A program made the translations under genes and the position numbers. 38,785 nt of DNA from Octopus bimaculoides (Eukaryota), in NCBI RefSeq assembly GCF_001194135.2, contig NC_068989.1:58587198-58625982 (forward strand), given 5' to 3'. Below the pieces are notes generated by a model. It was not told the DNA's origin. It did not search any database and worked only from the letters and a program-made list of their open reading frames with translations. Of this stretch, positions 1-11,629 are shown one piece after another. The first letter of the stretch is position 1; each line of letters starts with the position of its first letter.

Positions 1-7
1 ATATATA

Positions 8-72
<65 letters not shown>

Positions 73-288
73 TTGTGTTTGTGCGCGCGTATGTGTATAT
101 TGTTACCTTATCAAGTAATTTCGTGTCAAAATCATTTATATATTTCTAAAAGACACACCATTGTATGCATTACATGATATGACTGAATGATATTCCACAC
201 CCCTTTCACTAAGATCTTGAATATCCTGCAATGATAACCATTAATAGTTATTTGCTACTTGAGAAATCGCAAGTATAATCCATTCATT

Positions 289-327
289 TATTTCACTGAT
301 GAGTGCAAGATGTACGAAACGTTAATA
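289..327 (+). ncRNA. Minimal type I hammerhead ribozyme-like motif, canonical core, damaged stem I
   Basis: CTGATGA (296-302), stem II GTGCA/TGTAC (303-307/311-315), GAAA (316-319), palindromic ACGT with GUU triplet (321-323). Stem I TATT/AATA is offset by a 3-nt bulge. Confidence 0.55.
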
Positions 328-429
328 CCTCGCGGGATTTTAGCAAGTTCAATATGAACTTAGCAAAACTGTATTACTGACATTTTTCTTTTGCAGCTTC
401 TTGAGGTTATGGTCGTGTGTTCGATGTAT

Positions 430-1140
430 CTGTCTTGTCAAACGAGAGAAAACTTCTGCTTGGCAGCTAAGAAGAAATTATAGCTACTTCCGCCAGGTAT
501 GTTGGGAAAAGAGGAAAATACTTTTTATGATTATTAAGCAAAGTAAAGGAGTGATAAGCCAGAATTCATGCTTACGAGTTATGTCCCCTGATATGAAATC
601 CTCATGTTCAGTCTCGTTACAGGCTGCAGATATACATGGTTTGAAACGTGACAGACGAAAGTTGTAACTTACTGTGCGTTTCTAACTGCTTAGGTCTGCA
701 TATATCGCACATCTTCCATCGCCATAGGACTTTCAGTATATGGAATGACAAATCAAGTCGCCATAAAGAGACATCTGTACGTCATTTTGATTATAGTGAT
801 AAACGTTTGTACAACACGAATATTACTTTCTGTCATTAGTACCTAGTGACAGACTGAAGTGAGGTGACCAATAATCACGTAAGACTGCAAATTTTACATC
901 AGTGTCCTCTTAGAAAGACGCTGTGACAACAGCCAAAATATATATCTGCGTTCCCCTGGTCTGATGGATTGCTTGTAACACAACAGTACATGACATTTGT
1001 TCTCTGTCACACAGAACAATATCAGGTCTGTTATGTTTGAACCAAACTGATGTTTTTGGTGGGGTGTTCCAACAGTATTCCTCGATTTTAAAGGTGTGAA
1101 TACCTGCTGGTTCTGACATGCATTTGATGTATACGTTTTC
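430..1140. mobile_element. Degenerate non-LTR retrotransposon fragment with restriction-like endonuclease (RLE; R4/NeSL-like); two pieces in opposite orientation
   Basis: Minus 910-1119 reads EYCWNTPPKTSVWFKHNRPDIVLCDREQMSCTVV, matching the RLE 'HNRPDIV' motif. Plus 740-816 reads SSR..VRHFDYSDKRLYN, resembling the linker that normally precedes it. Confidence 0.6.
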
Positions 1141-1454
1141 ATTTTATTTGTAAAAACTTCATGAAAAAGTATCTAAAATGAGTGAAAGCTTGTCCGAGTA
1201 TTTTTAGACCTTCCTTTAGCTAGTATTACGGCCTTCATCCGATCAGAGACGGATTTCTTTAAAATACCAATAACAGATAAATTCCCATCTAGTTACTCTT
1301 TCGGAATATATTTACTGTAATTTACCATCAGACTTCAAATATTTTCACATTGAAATTTGGATGTCATCGTTTTTATTTCCTCTGGTAAAATGTTTTACTC
1401 TTTTGTTGTGAATTCTTTGATTTCTTACCTCAATCACATTTTAGCAGAATCACT

Positions 1455-1840
1455 ATAATCTCACAGATATCAAATTGCTTCTTAACCATGAGGTTTTGGG
1501 TTCAGTACTACTGCACAGTACATCGGGCAAGTGTCTTCTGCTATAGACCCCGGATCGATTAAAGCCTTCTGAATGGATTTTGGTAGACGGAAATTGAAAG
1601 TAACAAGTCGCATACATACATACATACATACATACATGTGGGTGTAGTGTGTGTAGGCCTTTGTTTTCCCCTCCCCATAACTTGACAACCGGTTTTGGTT
1701 TGATTACGTCTACGCAAATTAGCAATTCGGTAAAATAGGCTAATGAAATTAGTAGCGGAATCGATTTGTTCGATTAAACCATTGAAAGCTGTGCCAGGAA
1801 TGCCGCAGTCCAATGACCGAAACAAGAAAAGTTAAAATAT
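1455..1840 (+). mobile_element. CORE-type tRNA-derived SINE with internal (CATA)n, diverged
   Basis: B-box-like GGTTCAGTAC, CORE-like GGGCAAGTGTCTTCT, shared tail GCCGCAGTC..ATGACCGAAACAAG. Homologous to copies at 2765 and 18362. Confidence 0.75.
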
Positions 1841-2159
1841 AAAACAAGAACTGTTCAAAGTGGTGATTTTGCAACTTGATCGGTTGAAATTAGCACAAGT
1901 ACTATTTTTAGAATAGTACTTCAAGTCTTCAAATCTTTCTTGAGGACCGGAAGTCGGTCACCAGCCGGTCTCCTGTATCAGATGTCATTTAGGAATTGAA
2001 AGAAAAACTTATAGTAAGCTTCTTTCTTCTTAGTTGTTACACTATGGATAGGCAAAGGAATTTACTAACTGGTTCTGCCAACTTGTGGAATGTTTGTGAC
2101 CAGTTCCCGAAAACCGTTGCGAACCACCTTCAGTCCTGTTACTGTGGTGGTAGATAAAA

Positions 2160-2351
2160 AAATGAAAGTGGTGGGACAAACTAAGACACAAAGACAAACA
2201 CACATAAATCTATCTATCTATCTATCTGTCTATCTATCTATATGTACGACGGGCTTCTTTCAGTTTCCGTCAACCAAATCCTCTCACAAAGCTTTGGTCG
2301 GCCCGAGGCTATAGTAGGAGACATTTACCCAAGGTGCCACGCAACCACGCC

Positions 2352-2355
<4 letters not shown>
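2160..2355 (-). mobile_element. CORE-type SINE, partial, with a deletion in the tRNA-like head
   Basis: Plus strand ACGACGGGCTTCTTTCAGTTTCCGTCAACCAAATCC...CCCAAGGTGCCACGCA joins directly to ACCACGCCTG; about 60 nt are missing compared with the 18362 copy. Confidence 0.75.
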
Positions 2356-2383
<28 letters not shown>

Positions 2384-2698
2384 NNNNNNNNNNNNNNNNN
2401 NNNNNNNNNNNNNNNNNNNNNNNNNNNNNNNNNNNNNNNNNNNNNNNNNNNNNNNNNNNNNNNNNNNNNNNNNNNNNNNNNNNNNNNNNNNNNNNNNNNN
2501 NNNNNNNNNNNNNNNNNNNNNNNNNNNNNNNNNNNNNNNNNNNNNNNNNNNNNNNNNNNNNNNNNNNNNNNNNNNNNNNNNNNNNNNNNNNNNNNNNNNN
2601 NNNNNNNNNNNNNNNNNNNNNNNNNNNNNNNNNNNNNNNNNNNNNNNNNNNNNNNNNNNNNNNNNNNNNNNNNNNNNNNNNNNNNNNNNNNNNNNNNN

Positions 2699-2760
<62 letters not shown>

Positions 2761-2764
2761 AGTA

Positions 2765-2926
2765 AATGAGTTTCAAACGTGTGTGGGTAAGAGTGTTGCT
2801 CCCCAACCACATGGTTATAGGTTCAGTCCCACTGCGTGACACTTTGGTCATGTGTCTTCTATTAAAACTATGGGCCGACTGTAATCTTGTGAGTGGATTT
2901 GGCAGACGGAAACTGAGAGAAGCCCG

Positions 2927-2962
<36 letters not shown>

Positions 2963-3115
2963 AGATACGCGCACACGCGCACAACTAGTGGTTCGGCAAA
3001 AGGGTCCGATGGAATAAGAACCAGGCTGAAAAGAAGAGTTCAATCATTCATCTAAAAATTCTACAAGGCGATGCCCCAGCACGGCCGCAGTCTAATGACT
3101 GAAACAAAAAATAGA
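2765..3115 (+). mobile_element. CORE-type SINE with internal (CA)n
   Basis: A-box-like TGTGGGTAAGA, GGTTCAGTCCCACTGCGTGACAC, GTGAGTGGATTTGGCAGACGGAAACTG, tail GGCCGCAGTCTAATGACTGAAAC. Confidence 0.8.
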
Positions 3116-3616
3116 GAAAAAAAGGTAGTAAATTTTAAGTATTTTTCAAGATGTGCAGTGGAAACATGGTTAAACCTTCTTAATCTGCGGAGCAGGTATA
3201 TTAGTAATATCTGTTGTGTGAAGTAAGGCTATAGAGACGCATATTTATATAAATGTGCCAGACTCACATTTATTTACACATATATTATAGCTGTTAGTGT
3301 GTATAATGATAATCCATCGAAATAATATATGGATAGTGCTTTGTGGGTGTGTATGCGCATGAAAACCAATATATTAGCGTAAATTAATGATGATATATGA
3401 GTGCATATGTATGTAATTAGCAATATATAAGTGTTTACCCAATAACTATAATAGATATTACATGCGTATATACACACACATACATAGTAAACCTCACAGA
3501 AAAATGTACATTTACACACGCAAACACACATATACAGACACAGATACGCATACACACATGCGTGTACGTGTATACATATATACATACGCACACATATATG
3601 CTTACATATTACATGC

Positions 3617-3660
<44 letters not shown>

Positions 3661-3712
3661 GTGTGTGTGTATGTATAAATACACACACATACATGTGTAT
3701 ATGCACACATTA

Positions 3713-4193
3713 TCGTGGCACTCCGTCGGTTACAACGTCGAGGGTTCCAATTGATCCAAGCAACAGAACAGCCTTTCGTGAAATTAACGTGCAAGTGGCT
3801 GAGCACTCCACATACACGTGTATCCTTAACGTAGTTCTCGGGCAGATCAGCGTGACACAGTGTGACAAGGCTGGCCCTTTTAAATACAGGTACAAAAAAA
3901 AAAAAATGGAAGAAAGAGAGAGAAAGTTGTGGTGAAAGAGTACAGCAGGGTTCGCTACCATCCCCTGCCGGAGCCTCGTGGAGCTTTAGGTGTTTTCACT
4001 CTATAAACACTCACAACGCCCGGTCTGGGAATCGAAACGGCGATCCTATGACCACGAGTCCAACAGGGTTCGCCACCACCCCCTGCTGGATCCTCGTGGG
4101 GCTTTTAGGTGTTTTCGCACACAACGCCCAATCGAAATCGCGATCCTACGACCGCATGTCCGCTGTCCTGACCACTGGGCTATTGCGCCTCCA
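3713..4193 (-). mobile_element. tRNA(Arg)-like SINE (second family) with internal tandem duplication
   Basis: Minus head GGAGGCGCAATAGCCCAGTGGTCAGG (A box TAGCCCAGTGG). Colinear with 25196-25578. 3946-4061 is repeated at 4064-4161. Confidence 0.8.
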
Positions 4194-4524
4194 CATGCAC
4201 ACATTAACACACAGATGTGTATGTACACACACGTGTGTATCCACGAATGTATATGTACCCATAATTATTCATGAACGCATATTCTTCAAGTTCCAATAAT
4301 AATTTCTGTGCAGTGGCAATCAGTAAAGAGCTATATATACAATGTTAATACAAATATATATCCATATTACCTACAGTACCAGACGTTTATATCATGGCAC
4401 TAAAACTTGCACGCGCATGGTATGAATATACACACACATTGGGTCCAGAATATGTATTTTATTAATATATTTGTTTGTCAGCGATAGTAGATATTTATAT
4501 CATCTGTCAATCTACCAAAATATC

Positions 4525-4527
4525 AAC

Positions 4528-4564
<37 letters not shown>

Positions 4565-4910
4565 NNNNNNNNNNATATATATAAATATACATATGCACAT
4601 ACACTTACATATACAAATACTTAGACATTCATATATACATACCAGTATACATATATATATATATATGTGTATGCATACATATATGTATATGTATATATCT
4701 ACATATATATACATCTACACACATACACACACATATATGTATGTACACACACACATATATGTATATACATATATATATATCTATATATACATACATACCT
4801 ATCTTCTTGTGTGTGAGTGTGTGTACATATATAAACATATATTTGCATATACACATACTCAGACATATACACTTACCTACACATACTTATATGCACATAT
4901 ATACGCACCA

Positions 4911-4942
<32 letters not shown>
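4525..4942. repeat. (CT)n and degenerate (TA)/(CATA) microsatellite block beside N-gaps
   Basis: Direct reading; gaps at 4565-4574 and 4943-5902. Confidence 0.9.
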
Positions 4943-6104
4943 NNNNNNNNNNNNNNNNNNNNNNNNNNNNNNNNNNNNNNNNNNNNNNNNNNNNNNNNNN
5001 NNNNNNNNNNNNNNNNNNNNNNNNNNNNNNNNNNNNNNNNNNNNNNNNNNNNNNNNNNNNNNNNNNNNNNNNNNNNNNNNNNNNNNNNNNNNNNNNNNNN
5101 NNNNNNNNNNNNNNNNNNNNNNNNNNNNNNNNNNNNNNNNNNNNNNNNNNNNNNNNNNNNNNNNNNNNNNNNNNNNNNNNNNNNNNNNNNNNNNNNNNNN
5201 NNNNNNNNNNNNNNNNNNNNNNNNNNNNNNNNNNNNNNNNNNNNNNNNNNNNNNNNNNNNNNNNNNNNNNNNNNNNNNNNNNNNNNNNNNNNNNNNNNNN
5301 NNNNNNNNNNNNNNNNNNNNNNNNNNNNNNNNNNNNNNNNNNNNNNNNNNNNNNNNNNNNNNNNNNNNNNNNNNNNNNNNNNNNNNNNNNNNNNNNNNNN
5401 NNNNNNNNNNNNNNNNNNNNNNNNNNNNNNNNNNNNNNNNNNNNNNNNNNNNNNNNNNNNNNNNNNNNNNNNNNNNNNNNNNNNNNNNNNNNNNNNNNNN
5501 NNNNNNNNNNNNNNNNNNNNNNNNNNNNNNNNNNNNNNNNNNNNNNNNNNNNNNNNNNNNNNNNNNNNNNNNNNNNNNNNNNNNNNNNNNNNNNNNNNNN
5601 NNNNNNNNNNNNNNNNNNNNNNNNNNNNNNNNNNNNNNNNNNNNNNNNNNNNNNNNNNNNNNNNNNNNNNNNNNNNNNNNNNNNNNNNNNNNNNNNNNNN
5701 NNNNNNNNNNNNNNNNNNNNNNNNNNNNNNNNNNNNNNNNNNNNNNNNNNNNNNNNNNNNNNNNNNNNNNNNNNNNNNNNNNNNNNNNNNNNNNNNNNNN
5801 NNNNNNNNNNNNNNNNNNNNNNNNNNNNNNNNNNNNNNNNNNNNNNNNNNNNNNNNNNNNNNNNNNNNNNNNNNNNNNNNNNNNNNNNNNNNNNNNNNNN
5901 NNAGTGTAATCGATTTGAAGTAGGCCACGGCAATATTCAATTTAATCTGCAATCACTTTGACATTTGACGTGCAGCTGACGAAGAATGTCCATTACATAG
6001 AGAAATCGAGTTATTTATACAGCACAAAACGTTTGATCACTAAACATAATCTGCGCACATCGTTCAGCAAAAATGTTACGGAATCCTCTTCTGCTTACGA
6101 TAGG

Positions 6105-6105
6105 G

Positions 6106-6171
<66 letters not shown>

Positions 6172-6550
6172 CTCTCTCTCTCTCTCTATCTCCCTGTCTG
6201 TCTGCCTGCCTGTCTTTCTTCCTGTAAGTCAGTATGTCCGAATGTATGTATGTATTTATGTATGCTTGTATTTATGCATTTATGTAGGTATGCATGCATG
6301 TGTGTATGTATGTATGCATGTATGTATTTATGTATGTATGCATGTATGCATGCATCCATGTGTGCATGTATCTATGTATATATGTATGCATGTATGCATT
6401 TATGTATGCATATACATACGTAACACACACATACATATACATATATATATGTGCATATATATATGTTTGTATGCATGCATATATATATATATACATACAC
6501 ACACACATATATACACACACACATACATACACGAACACGCACACACACAT

Positions 6551-6595
<45 letters not shown>

Positions 6596-6780
6596 AATAT
6601 ATACATATAATCGACAGTGTTAGGTACAGCAAAATAATATTTATTCAAAGCTGAGTTTGTTTGAGTATGTAGACACACACACACTCACATACACACTCAC
6701 ACACACACACACTCACACACACACACACATGCACGCACACACACACACACACTCACACACTCACACACTCACAACACAAT
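6105..6780. repeat. Compound microsatellite (TATC)n-(TC)n-(TATG)n-(CA)n
   Basis: Direct reading. Confidence 0.9.
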
Positions 6781-6955
6781 GTTATATACATGTACTGTAT
6801 GTTAGTGTATATAATTGTAGTACTTAGAAACGGGTGGAATTGCAATTAAAGTTAGGTGCACAATACGTCAAGTAGAGAGTATAATAAATTATTTCCTGAT
6901 ATGAGACTGTTGCAGGACTTGTACTGTTGTATTCCCCTGTAACAGTCATCATCAA

Positions 6956-7470
<515 letters not shown>

Positions 7471-7481
7471 TATATTGTTTT

Positions 7482-7666
7482 ATTTGTTTCAGTCACTTGA
7501 CTGCAGCCGTGCTTGAGCACCGCTTTTAGTCGAACAAATCGACCCCAGGACTTAGTTTTTGTAAGCTTAGTACTTATACTCTCGATTCTTTTGCTGAACC
7601 GCTAAGTTCCGGGGACGTAAACACACCGACATCGGTTGTCAAGCGATGGTGGGGGACAAACACACA

Positions 7667-7709
<43 letters not shown>

Positions 7710-7710
7710 C
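7482..7710 (-). mobile_element. CORE-type SINE, 3' half ending in the (CA)n tract
   Basis: TTTCAGTCACTTGACTGCAGCCGTGC...GGGGACGTAAACACACC matches 18362-18560. Confidence 0.8.
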
Positions 7711-7744
7711 ACTGTATAAAACGATTTTTGTCCTCGGTTACCAA

Positions 7745-8030
7745 TTGTTATTTCCTATTTGTTTACCACTAGAAAGTATGTAAAATGGCTAATATTTCCT
7801 TCAAACTTTGCTTTTATTACATTTATCCAAACCCCAAACAATTCCTTTCAACACAGCTATGACATTTCTCACTACTATTCATAGTCAGCGATGCACATAT
7901 TATCAGCTACTGAGGGACATGCGCAAGTGGATAAGGTGATGTAGCTAACAGGCGAGTCTGTGGTGCTGAGTCGAATAGGTCATTTTTAAAACATTGATAT
8001 CCAAGTCACAAAAGTAAAATTTTCAGGGAA
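7745..8030 (+). repeat. Unclassified interspersed repeat, copy 1
   Basis: CTAGAAAGTATG.AAAATGGCTAATATTTCC.TCAAACTTTGCTTTT.TTACATTTAT.CAAACCCCAAA aligns with the reverse complement of 10500-10855. Confidence 0.75.
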
Positions 8031-8048
8031 TAGTAATCATTTCTTTTG

Positions 8049-9193
8049 GGATCTTATCGGTTTGGCTGCCAGCATCAATTCTGTTTGAATTGATTTTATA
8101 TTCAGTGTAATGATACACTTTTATAAGCTAATTAATGACGCGAAAGTAATTTTCGCTATACATCATTAGATAACGAGTTATTAACCATTAAAGTTTGAAG
8201 ATTTTGATAATTTTAGCCAATCGTAAGCCACAGACACATCCATGTCTGTTTTGATAATAAGAAGCAGAACATGAGAACTCTTTTGTCTCTCAACGTGCCT
8301 GTTACCATAGTAACTAGCGAAGCCGAGCAGTCTTCGAAAAGTCTTTTATCTGCGAGGAAGCACGTGTTGACAAATTTGACGCTGTGTTTTCTGTTCTGTG
8401 TGATTATGGCAGTAAGCTCTAGTAACTTCGCTTCTATTTTGGAAACATTGAAAATAGAGGAGGATATTTCTTAAGTTAAAACCGAAAGTTAAATGTTTGT
8501 TAATGCTTAAATGTTTGTTTTTAAAGCATATTTTGTTCACTCTTATTCTTATATATAATATATAAACATATACACTTTTTGGAACATTGTCATTTTATAA
8601 GATTTTGCTGGCAAATTTTAAAATTAACATAAACATTTATTTACATGAAAGAAAATTACCGGAGAACTTTCATCTAATTCTTCCAAATCTTTCTGTTAAA
8701 AATTGTAATGTGTTACTCACATGTAACGTGTTGTTTACCACATTTGCATTAAATGCATATTGAATGCTTAAATGTTTGCTTACTCGTTTCCTTTTGTCAT
8801 TGAGCATTGAAGTGGCTGTGTTGTGTGCTAAAAATAACAGCTAAATAAGATTTTTTGGTTAAATCTTTTAAATTAACACAAACATTTATGTACATGAAAG
8901 AAAATTACTGGAGACATAACAGGTGTTATTTACAAATATTGACAACTCGTGCTATTTTCAGGATGCCGACAGAATATGCAGTCACGCACAAAATGCCAGC
9001 TTCCAAATCCTGTTTCCTGACTGGGTGAAAATGATCAAACTTTAAACCTCTATAACTTTTTAAAAACATTTTTCTGGAAAAAAATGAAATAACTCCAGCA
9101 ATTCAGTTTGGGTAAGTGCATTATTGTGTCACATTTTAAAATTTTCGGTAAACTTTAATTTTTGAAATGATGGCTACCAAACCAATAAGCTCC
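8049..9193. mobile_element. Non-autonomous DNA transposon with GG-terminal TIRs (possibly Merlin-like)
   Basis: TIRs GGATCTTATCGGTTTGGCTGCCAGCAT and GGAGCTTATTGGTTTGGTAGCCATCAT (22/27 match). Flanks TTCTTTTG and TTCCTTTC could be a decayed 8-bp TSD. Internal ~260-bp-period duplication (8500-8670 vs 8760-8920). No ORF. Confidence 0.6.
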
Positions 9194-9289
9194 TTCCTTT
9201 CATTTCTGTATAGAAGCAAATAGGAAATAATAAATACTGAACAAAAGAAAAATGTTACAGTGTAATATATATATATATATATATATATA

Positions 9290-10460
9290 ACACTTGTAGC
9301 GTGGAAGGTGTTTATAAGCCATTTACAAACACACAAAAAACGTTAGATTCACTTCAACATTTAAATTTAATCTGCCAAAATATTTTCGGCGCTTTGAGAC
9401 CGGGACCTGATCGCTGACAAAATTCCGTGCTGCGTCGGAGAAAATAACAGTTAGTTCATTATGTATGTATGTATGTATGTATGTACGTACGTATGTACGT
9501 ACCTACCTACCTGTGTGTATGCGAGTATTTAGGTAAATGTGTAGACGTGTCTGTGTGTGTGTACATGTGTATGTACATGTGAGCGTATGTTTATGTACTG
9601 ATATGTGTCTGTTCAAGTTGTATACGTGAGTGTTACTTTGTCGAAGGTTATATACACACACTTATTGAAGGTTATATACACACTTATTGTACTTATTGGT
9701 GCTGTTCTTCACAACACTGTTAGGGGCTAATGATTCTATTTATACTTCTATTGCTTACAAGTATGCATTTTTATGTATATCTTGATTGAGTGGGGAAGAT
9801 AGCAATTCTAGGATATTGTTGTACTAGTAGTTTTATGGTGTCTTATAAATGTGTCTGTTTATTTTAAGGAGACGATTTATCGAGTAATGGGGAGTCGTGA
9901 ATGTTGAAATTTGCTACGCTAACAAACTAGGCTCCTCACATATCCACTGAGTATTTCAGTTATAGTAATTTTATTTCATTTTGCAGGTGATATGAGGATG
10001 CAGCTTATGAAGATAGAAGATGCAGCCTTTGAAGATAGAGGGTGCGTGCATTGTTCTGAGTCTTTTGAAGGTTATGATTTATCGAGGAGAGACTGGGACA
10101 TAGGCAGAACTAGTATAATCAATTTTGGATCGAATGTATCGTTTGCAAACTAATGTCGTTGTTTCCTAGTGATGGCTAAACATAGTGCTTGTGAATATGC
10201 CATTATACCTTCTTTGCAGTATCTTCTATATGTGCTGTGAATGTTACAGAGATGTTTTATGTACTGTGGTGTATATTTATGTAGTTGAGTGTGATGTCAG
10301 TTGTGTATGATATTGTCATGTGTTGCAGCTAAAGTTTGTATTTTGGAGCCGAGTCCCTAAAGAATTGAAGGGATTGAAGCAGATTTGGATTAGTTGTACA
10401 GTTGTGTCTGAAGAAAGGCGAGAGGATGTATGTGTGGTGCCGTTTAAATAACACTATGTT
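9290..10460 (-). mobile_element. Degenerate Penelope-like retroelement: RT thumb fragment plus downstream terminal repeat
   Basis: Minus ~10250-10177 reads LCNIHSTYRRYCKEGIMAYSQALCL, like PLE 'YL..HS.HP.HCK.GI.YSQALR'. A hammerhead-like motif lies downstream at 9371-9421. Confidence 0.55.
9371..9421 (-). ncRNA. Minimal hammerhead ribozyme-like motif, G3:C8 variant
   Basis: Minus: TTTGTCA (stem I) GCGATCA (core) GGT..GCC (stem II) GAAA ATAT T T TGGCAGA (stem I partner, 7 bp with two G-U). Confidence 0.55.
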
Positions 10461-10499
10461 ATTTGCTTCTAACTAGAAACCAAGGGAAGTGACTGCTGT

Positions 10500-10855
10500 T
10501 TTCTTCAAACTGCTTTTGTACCTGGACATCAATGTTTTGAAATTGACCTATTTTCCATTACATTTCAGACAGATTCAATGCTGAAGCAGAAATATTGATA
10601 TAGTAAATATTCTGCTCAGTACCACAGATTTACTTGTCAGTTGCTTGACTTTAACCACTTCTGCATGTCCCTTAGTGGCTGACGATATGTACCTCTTTGA
10701 TCATGGGCTGGGGTAGTGGCGGAGCATCATAACCATGTGTTAAGAGGGATTCTTTGGGGTTTGAATAAATGTAGCAAAAGCAAAGTTTGGAGGAAATATT
10801 AACCATTTTCATACTTTCTAATGGGTTAGCAGATAGGAAATAACAGTTGTTAATC
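10500..10855 (-). repeat. Unclassified interspersed repeat, copy 2 (inverted relative to 7745-8030)
   Basis: Reverse-complement alignment with copy 1, plus a ~60-nt insertion. Confidence 0.75.
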
Positions 10856-11195
10856 AAGGACAAAAATCGTGTTACACAATGTAATCAGCTGTATATGGCT
10901 TATCAAGGTCATGTAGATACAGGTTCAGAGGACGTATCCTTGTACTTCATTTAAGAGTGCTTAAATATATCTCGTGGTCGCCAGGAAGAACAAATATCGT
11001 ACTCATTGACTCCACCGCTGGACACAAGGAAAGTACAGCTACTCCACCGTCATGACATAATGTAGGAAAACACGAGAGAAAAAAGAGAACAAAGCCCTGC
11101 AGATATTTATACAAGAACAGGACCATCTGGAGTAGATGATGACTCCTTGATATGACAAAGCAATATCCACAATCCTTTCACCACCACCACCACCA

Positions 11196-11232
<37 letters not shown>

Positions 11233-11540
11233 TATGGAAAAGTATTTTATATTTTTAATGTGTTATTTCTTTCGTTGGGCTCTACAGTTACAATACAGAA
11301 CCCATTGTCCCTTATTTTGTTGTTTTGTTAAAACCAAAGCCGTGGTCCTCCTCTTTTAGGTAGAACATCTAAGACTATGCTATCTAATATGAATGCTTTC
11401 TTTTTTAAGAGTAGGATTTAAAAGAGATTTAGCTTTACTTTTTGCAGGTCAAGTGGCAAAAGCTTACTTACTCTACCTTTATGCTACAGTGTAATCAAAT
11501 TCTCAGGAAAAAAATGAATAAATTTTCATGATTCAATATC

Positions 11541-11625
11541 TTGTTGTTGTTGTTGTTGTTGTTGTTGTTCTTGTTCTTGTTGTTGTTGTTGTTGTTGTTG
11601 TTCTTCTTCTTCTTCTTCTTCTTCA
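11541..11625. repeat. (TTG)n(TTC)n trinucleotide repeat
   Basis: Direct reading. Confidence 0.95.
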
Positions 11626-11629
11626 CCTT

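Noticed and set aside
397-496. Plus-strand exon-like segment (TTTTGCAG...CAG|GTATGT)
   Set aside because: Good splice signals but no partner exon found, the peptide is unrecognisable, and it overlaps the probable LINE remnant.
5976-6012. CTGACGA...GAAA-TCGA hammerhead-like string
   Set aside because: The stem II closing pairs fail, there is no U16.1 after the palindrome, and no stem I.
10672-10863. 63-aa protein-like ORF (THGYDAPPLPQPMIKEVH)
   Set aside because: It lies in an interspersed repeat whose other copy (7745-8030) does not keep the frame.
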